From: an uncultured SAR86 cluster bacterium
GTDB taxonomy: Bacteria; Pseudomonadota; Gammaproteobacteria; Magnimaribacterales; D2472
DNA length: 64,000 bases
Assembly (NCBI GenBank): GCA_943788515.1
Contig: CALSQM010000004.1
Span: forward strand, 20,576-84,575
Direction: 5' to 3'
The notes under the pieces were generated by a model that was given only the letters and a program-made list of their open reading frames with translations, searched no databases and was not told where the DNA came from. Each line of letters begins with the position of its first letter. Position 1 is the stretch's first letter. Shown here piece by piece: positions 59,587 to 64,000 of the stretch. The position numbers were made by a program, and so were the translations under genes.

Positions 59587-59971
59587 TTGGAAAAAGCCAA
59601 CAGTTCAGATGCTTGGAAGATGGCAGCCATGGCATCAAGGTCATCAAGAGCTTTTTAAAAGATGCGTTGCAAAAACTGGGCAAGTAATTATTCAGGTCAG
59701 AGATGTTCAAGGTGCCTCTGGCGGCAGAGGTCAGGATGATAATCCTTTTGACTGGGACTTGGTTTGTAAAAATATTGAGGAAGGACTTGCTAAAGATGAT
59801 TTTCATCGGGGTAATCAATATGAAATTATGCTGGTACCCAATGTGGTTAATATTTCATATGGTAGAGGCGTTGGTTACGTTTTTGAAGAAGAGGTTTTTG
59901 ATGAAGCAATACACTCTATAAGTGCAACAAAAATTAGAAAGGAATTAAGAGAAAAAGGTGATTTAGACTAA
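59579..59971 (+). CDS. Cytidylyltransferase-like (HxGH) nucleotidyltransferase, small
   Basis: GRWQPWHQGH (HxGH motif) and the C-terminal ISATKIRKEL (ISxTxxR motif) of the nucleotidyltransferase alpha/beta phosphodiesterase superfamily. It overlaps the upstream gene by 8 nt. Confidence 0.6.
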   Translation: MFDWKKPTVQMLGRWQPWHQGHQELFKRCVAKTGQVIIQVRDVQGASGGRGQDDNPFDWDLVCKNIEEGLAKDDFHRGNQYEIMLVPNVVNISYGRGVGYVFEEEVFDEAIHSISATKIRKELREKGDLD

Positions 59972-60316
59972 TAGCTCTAATATTTTTTCTGGCGGCCTCC
60001 CAACAACAGCTTTTATTCCATTATCTAGAATTGGTCTCTCTATTATTTTTGGGAATTGAATCATAAATTCTATAAGCTCATCATTTCCCAATTCGATATT
60101 CTTTAAATTATTATATTTATAGTCATCTTCATTTTTTCTTAGTAATTCTCTCGCAGAAATTCCAAGCCTATCGAGGAGAGATGTAAGATCAACATGATTT
60201 AAATTTTCATTTAAATATAAGAAAGTTGAGAAATCTTGATTATTATCCTCTAAAAGCTTTAAAGCTTCTCTAGATTTGCTGCACCTAGGGTTATGATAAA
60301 GAATTAAACCAGGCAT
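59963..60316 (-). CDS. ArsC-family reductase (ArsC/YfgD-like)
   Basis: LILYHNPRCSKSREALKLLE at the N-terminus and the C-terminal IERPIL...GRPPEKILELL pattern. Confidence 0.8.
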   Translation of the reverse strand: MPGLILYHNPRCSKSREALKLLEDNNQDFSTFLYLNENLNHVDLTSLLDRLGISARELLRKNEDDYKYNNLKNIELGNDELIEFMIQFPKIIERPILDNGIKAVVGRPPEKILELLV

Positions 60317-60739
60317 TTACTTCATGGTTGCAAGCATATTCTGCATTTGCATATGAATTATATTTACTGCTTGCAATGGCCTAATCATTACTTTGAATTC
60401 TGATATTTTTCCCTCATCATTGAAAGTAACTATATCAACCCCATTAACATACTTGCCATCAATGGTTGTTTCGAATTCAAGTATTGCCTGATTGCCATCT
60501 AGCACCTCTTTGGTATATTTAAAGCTAGATTCGTTGAGATTGTTAGAACTTTTAGCATCATCTCCACCGAAGGTATTTCCAGCAGCCATTAAATATAGCT
60601 TGGCTAAGTCTTTTCCCTTTTGAGGAGTAAATACTACCGGAGAATAAAAAATTACATCATCAGCAAGCAATTCATCATACCCACCAGGAAACTCCCCTTT
60701 AATCAGGGAGTGCCATTTATGAATATGGTGTTGTGCCAT
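60317..60739 (-). CDS. NTF2-like/SnoaL-like small protein
   Basis: 140 aa with the pattern ...LLADDVIFYSPVVF...AILEFETTIDGKYVNGVDIVTFNDEGKISEFKVMIRP, typical of SnoaL-like folds. Confidence 0.55.
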   Translation of the reverse strand: MAQHHIHKWHSLIKGEFPGGYDELLADDVIFYSPVVFTPQKGKDLAKLYLMAAGNTFGGDDAKSSNNLNESSFKYTKEVLDGNQAILEFETTIDGKYVNGVDIVTFNDEGKISEFKVMIRPLQAVNIIHMQMQNMLATMK

Positions 60740-61914
60740 TAAGACTCAATAGTAAAAGTTAAGCCTGCATTATTCTGTAGTCTATCAATAAGTTTTTCAC
60801 CCATAGATGATGCTGGAGTATAAATACCACCTTCTAGATCATTACACTCTTTAACTAAACAAATAGCACTTTCTGTAATCATTTTAGAAGTAGACCCATA
60901 TCCAGGGTCCATATCCCCTTTTACAGAAGCATGTATAGTTGCATTATCGCAATCCGCACAGAATAAAACATCGTAATTGCCATTTTCTCTAGATTCCCTT
61001 GAAGGTCCTTCACCCGGCTTTGGAGCATCATCACCACCAAGTGGATTTGAGCTTACAATAGCATCTGCAATTGCTTTACCCTCATCTCCGGGTCCAGTTA
61101 CCCACATCTCGTTGTAACAAAAATCTTCACCATAAACATGGCTCATTAAAGCATTTGATCTATGCACATTCTTAGTATTGATTGGTGCCATAAAAAATGG
61201 TGCAACCCAGGTCTCTAATTTATCGTCATAGATTGGTTTTGAATCTTGAGCTTGTTCAGGCCCAACATGACCATTTGATAGTGAAAAGGGGTTTGCAAGA
61301 ATTTCAAATAACTCTGGTTTTGTTCTAAGTGATGCCATTGTTGCTCCAAAAGATGCAGCAGTACCACCAGAAAACTCTCCATTCATACCTCTTACTCTTC
61401 CACGAACATTTGAAGCCGGTTTTCCATGTGTTTCAATTGCTTTATTTTGAACAAAAAGAACGCCTAAATCGAAAGGAATACTATCAAACCCACATGAGAA
61501 AACAATTCTAGCCCCTGATTCTTTTGCTTGAGCGGCATGTTGGTTGATTTTTTCATGCATCCAACCAGGCTCACCACACAAATCTACATAATCTGTTCCA
61601 AGCTCAGCACAAGCTGCAACAATATTATTTCCATAAAGCTGATAGGGACCAGTTGTAGTTAAAACACATTTTGTCTGAGCAACCATTGCGTTAACGCTTT
61701 CAACATCATCACTATCTACTTTGATAATTGGAACATCTTCTGCAACACCTTTAGCATCTTTTACAAATTGAAGCTTTTCTATATTCCTTCCAGCAAGTGC
61801 CCAGGAGATATTCTTGTCATCTCCATATCGAGAAACCACATATTCAACCACCAGTTTTCCAGTAAAACCAGATGCGCCATAGACTACAAAATCAAATTTT
61901 TTTGAATCGTTCAT
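60739..61914 (-). CDS. Saccharopine dehydrogenase-like NAD(P)-binding oxidoreductase
   Basis: FDFVVYGASGFTGKLVVEYV Rossmann N-terminus, about 390 aa, with the family-typical layout. Confidence 0.75.
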   Translation of the reverse strand: MNDSKKFDFVVYGASGFTGKLVVEYVVSRYGDDKNISWALAGRNIEKLQFVKDAKGVAEDVPIIKVDSDDVESVNAMVAQTKCVLTTTGPYQLYGNNIVAACAELGTDYVDLCGEPGWMHEKINQHAAQAKESGARIVFSCGFDSIPFDLGVLFVQNKAIETHGKPASNVRGRVRGMNGEFSGGTAASFGATMASLRTKPELFEILANPFSLSNGHVGPEQAQDSKPIYDDKLETWVAPFFMAPINTKNVHRSNALMSHVYGEDFCYNEMWVTGPGDEGKAIADAIVSSNPLGGDDAPKPGEGPSRESRENGNYDVLFCADCDNATIHASVKGDMDPGYGSTSKMITESAICLVKECNDLEGGIYTPASSMGEKLIDRLQNNAGLTFTIES

Positions 61915-61932
61915 AAATTTTTCCTTAGTTAA

Positions 61933-62808
61933 TTAATTAATGCCAGCTAAATTTGTGTATTTATCTAAGTTACTAATTAGAAATTTTTTAAATACATTTA
62001 TTTTGGCGCTGCCTCTTACATCAGGATGATACAGCAACCATAAATCTTGCTCAAATATATATTTATCTGGCATAAATCTTTTTAAGTTATGCACGGGCGG
62101 TAAACCAACGGAAGATATTAAACTAACGCCTATGCCAGCAGACATGCAATCAAAAACCTCATTATAAACATTGGTTTTGAAAATTATTTTCGGCTCACCT
62201 ATATTTTTTCTTATGAAGGATTCCATATCCAAATTATTACTTTCATCAACCCAAATAACCCACTCTAGCTCATCTAAATCCATATTCTTTAAGCTTTTAA
62301 GGTATTCAGAGGATCCATATATATTAATTGGCAATCTACCAATTTTTTTTCCAACAAGATTATCGGGTGGTGAATTCGTCAGTTGTATTGATAAGTCAGC
62401 TTCTTGTGATGAAAGGTCTGAATTAGCGGAAGCTGATTTAAGAAATATATCAATATCTGGATACTGAGCTTTAAAATCACAAAATAAACTTGTCATGTTA
62501 ACTCCACCATTCATAGGTTTAGTAACAGTTAAAGTTCCAGATAGCTCAGCCTCTTTAGACTGAAAGACTCTTTTTATTTGGAATACCTGATTTTCAACAA
62601 CTATAGCTTCTTGTTTTAATGCCAACCCATGGCTTGTTAATTCATAGCCTCTATTGTATCTATTGAATAGTTTTACGTTAAGATCTAATTCAAGTTTATC
62701 AAGCCTTCTCGCAACAGTTGAGTGATTAACATCTAATTTAGATGCTGCTTTTGAGAGGGAGCCTTCTCTGGCCACTGATAAAAAATACTCTAAGTTACTC
62801 CAATCCAT
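61933..62808 (-). CDS. LysR-family transcriptional regulator
   Basis: The N-terminal wHTH MDWSNLEYFLSVAREGSLSKAASKLDVNHSTVARRLDKLE. 291 aa, divergent from the acyl-CoA synthetase gene. Confidence 0.9.
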   Translation of the reverse strand: MDWSNLEYFLSVAREGSLSKAASKLDVNHSTVARRLDKLELDLNVKLFNRYNRGYELTSHGLALKQEAIVVENQVFQIKRVFQSKEAELSGTLTVTKPMNGGVNMTSLFCDFKAQYPDIDIFLKSASANSDLSSQEADLSIQLTNSPPDNLVGKKIGRLPINIYGSSEYLKSLKNMDLDELEWVIWVDESNNLDMESFIRKNIGEPKIIFKTNVYNEVFDCMSAGIGVSLISSVGLPPVHNLKRFMPDKYIFEQDLWLLYHPDVRGSAKINVFKKFLISNLDKYTNLAGIN

Positions 62809-62915
62809 TTATGCATTTTCGCACAAATAAATTTATATTTCGAGCATATATACACAATATGCATGATGATATAAATAGAGTAACATTAATTTAATTTCTA
62901 TTAGGGGGAAATCAA

Positions 62916-64000
62916 ATGTTAAGTAAAGTGAAAGAGTTTTTTAGAGTCCTTGGTGAATTTAAACAAATTATTCCAGTTCTAAAGTATAAATTTCCTCTTC
63001 CTGATGAGGCTGCATCTTTAGCCCATAGTTTTGAAAAGAGTGTTGCAAAATATGCAGACAAAAATTTTCTTACATTTGAAGAAGATGAATTGTCGTATGA
63101 TGAAGCTAATAAATCAGCTAATGTCTTGGCAAACTTTCTTTCTAGTGAAGGTGTTGAGCACCAAGACAGGGTTGTTTTATTTATGCAAAATAGAACTGAT
63201 TATGTTATTTCTTTGTTAGCTTTAAATAAAATTGGCGCCATAGGGGTTTTAATAAATAACAGTCTTACTGGTGCACCCTTAATTCATTGCATAAACAGCT
63301 CAGATTCAAAAAAATGTATTGTTGGTGAAGAGCTCACTCACGAATTATCTGACGTCTTAAATGATATTAACATCAAAGATAAGAATGATATTTATTGGGT
63401 TGAAGACTCTAAAGCAATTCAAACACCTGAATGGGCAACAAACCTGAGAAGTAGTTTGGATTACTCTAAAAATGGAAATCTAGTTGAGACAAATAATGTA
63501 ACTGCAAAGGATACAGCTTTTTATATTTTTACATCTGGTACAACCGGCGTTCCAAAGGCCGCAATTTTTCCTAATGCAAAGATTGTTGCTGCATCATTTA
63601 ATATTAGTAATACTGGTTACAGAATGACCCAAGAAGATCGCCTATACAATTGCCTTCCTCTTTATCACTCAACAGGTTTAATGCTTGGTCTTGCTGCTGT
63701 AATTCACTCTGGTGCATCAGTCTTTGTAAGGCGTAAATTCTCTGCATCAATGTTTTGGAAAGAAGTACAAAAATACCAAACTACGACCTTTATATATGTT
63801 GGTGAACTTTGCAGATATTTAAGCTTTCAAGAACCATGTGAAGAAGAGAAAAATAATCCATTAAGAGCAATGGTTGGTAATGGATTAAGGCCAGATTTAT
63901 GGGATTGCTTTAGGGGTAGATTTGGAGTTGAAAGAATATGTGAGATATATGGAGCTAGTGAAGGCGCTTGCATGTTCATGAATGGCTTAAATAAAGACAA
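62916..64000 (+). CDS. Long-chain acyl-CoA synthetase / fatty-acid transport protein (FATP)-type AMP-binding enzyme; 3' end lies outside the window
   Basis: Not in the ORF track because it is open at the window edge. Hand translation from ATG 62916 (GGGGGAA upstream) gives MLSKVKEFFRVLGEF...YIFTSGTTGVPKAA (AMP-binding motif)...LPLYHSTG...GNGLRPDLW, which is FATP-like. Confidence 0.85.
   Translation, partial: MLSKVKEFFRVLGEFKQIIPVLKYKFPLPDEAASLAHSFEKSVAKYADKNFLTFEEDELSYDEANKSANVLANFLSSEGVEHQDRVVLFMQNRTDYVISLLALNKIGAIGVLINNSLTGAPLIHCINSSDSKKCIVGEELTHELSDVLNDINIKDKNDIYWVEDSKAIQTPEWATNLRSSLDYSKNGNLVETNNVTAKDTAFYIFTSGTTGVPKAAIFPNAKIVAASFNISNTGYRMTQEDRLYNCLPLYHSTGLMLGLAAVIHSGASVFVRRKFSASMFWKEVQKYQTTTFIYVGELCRYLSFQEPCEEEKNNPLRAMVGNGLRPDLWDCFRGRFGVERICEIYGASEGACMFMNGLNKD

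Noticed and set aside
5958-59921. Many short embedded or antisense ORFs from the track: 5958, 7466, 8531, 12868, 14821, 15618, 19113, 21700, 25805, 25935, 31161, 32192, 34662, 34909, 37241, 37321, 40843, 42088, 42297, 47023, 48844, 51723, 52977, 55321, 55493, 57643, 59036, 59573, 59703, 61329, 62171 and 63031.
   Set aside because: All sit inside or opposite genes with clear family-level identity. They are 60-180 aa, compositionally biased and lack motifs. In such a compact genome they are best explained as chance open frames.
62809-62915. Possible LysR-type T-N11-A binding site or ATGCAT repeats in the divergent region between the LysR gene and the acyl-CoA synthetase gene.
   Set aside because: I could not define a convincing dyad by eye, and the AT-rich background makes T-N11-A matches meaningless without a matrix.
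1-64000. Search for CRISPR arrays, tRNA/rRNA genes, IS elements, integrases, prophage genes, or long direct or inverted repeats flanking an island.
   Set aside because: Nothing of the kind was visible. Intergenic regions are all under about 210 nt and contain no repeat arrays or GC-rich structured segments. The left-edge operon has no obvious mobility genes within the window, and its left boundary is not visible.

Overview
This is an AT-rich, very gene-dense chromosomal segment. Most neighbouring genes abut or overlap by 1-30 nt and there is almost no intergenic DNA. I saw no rRNA, tRNA, CRISPR array, IS element or integrase. The gene order leuC-leuD-leuB-asd-fimV-truA-trpF-trpB-trpA-accD-(SPOR)-cvpA-purF is typical of gammaproteobacteria, and the compaction suggests a streamlined marine lineage (inference only).

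Most of the window is core metabolism:
- acnB and prpBCD (methylcitrate cycle), aroC, queH, thrH
- lexA with a clear SOS box, topA, pyrD, galU, a rhomboid protease, nadK
- several acyl-CoA dehydrogenases and an Atu/Liu-like acyl-CoA carboxylase cluster with an embedded TetR regulator
- a secreted MsrA-Trx-MsrB fusion, prc, xthA, tadA, a DmdA-like GcvT-family enzyme, a LysR regulator, and a 3'-truncated FATP-type acyl-CoA synthetase

The unusual part is the left edge, 1..5702. It holds a six-gene, translationally coupled minus-strand operon encoding:
- a 4-TM protein flanked by coiled coils
- a membrane-anchored vWA-like protein
- a small MotA/ExbB-like channel protein with a long helical tail
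- a MotB/ExbD-like anchored protein with a coiled coil and a Cys-rich non-OmpA C-terminal domain
- a small, very basic protein
- a lipoprotein with a trypsin-like protease domain, which runs off the window and is not in the ORF track

I could not match this combination to any flagellar, Tol, TonB or Zorya operon layout that I know. It is my best candidate for an undescribed ion-driven envelope system. It is transcribed divergently from a ferritin-like gene, across a perfect 13-bp-arm palindrome that resembles a Fur box.

The second theme is indels. At least eleven single-nucleotide indels disrupt otherwise well-conserved genes (fimV, aroC, prpD x3, topA x2 compensating, galU, an acyl-CoA dehydrogenase, prc, a GNAT). 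This looks more like sequence or assembly error than gene decay.

All calls come from reading the translations by eye. No database or profile search was run.
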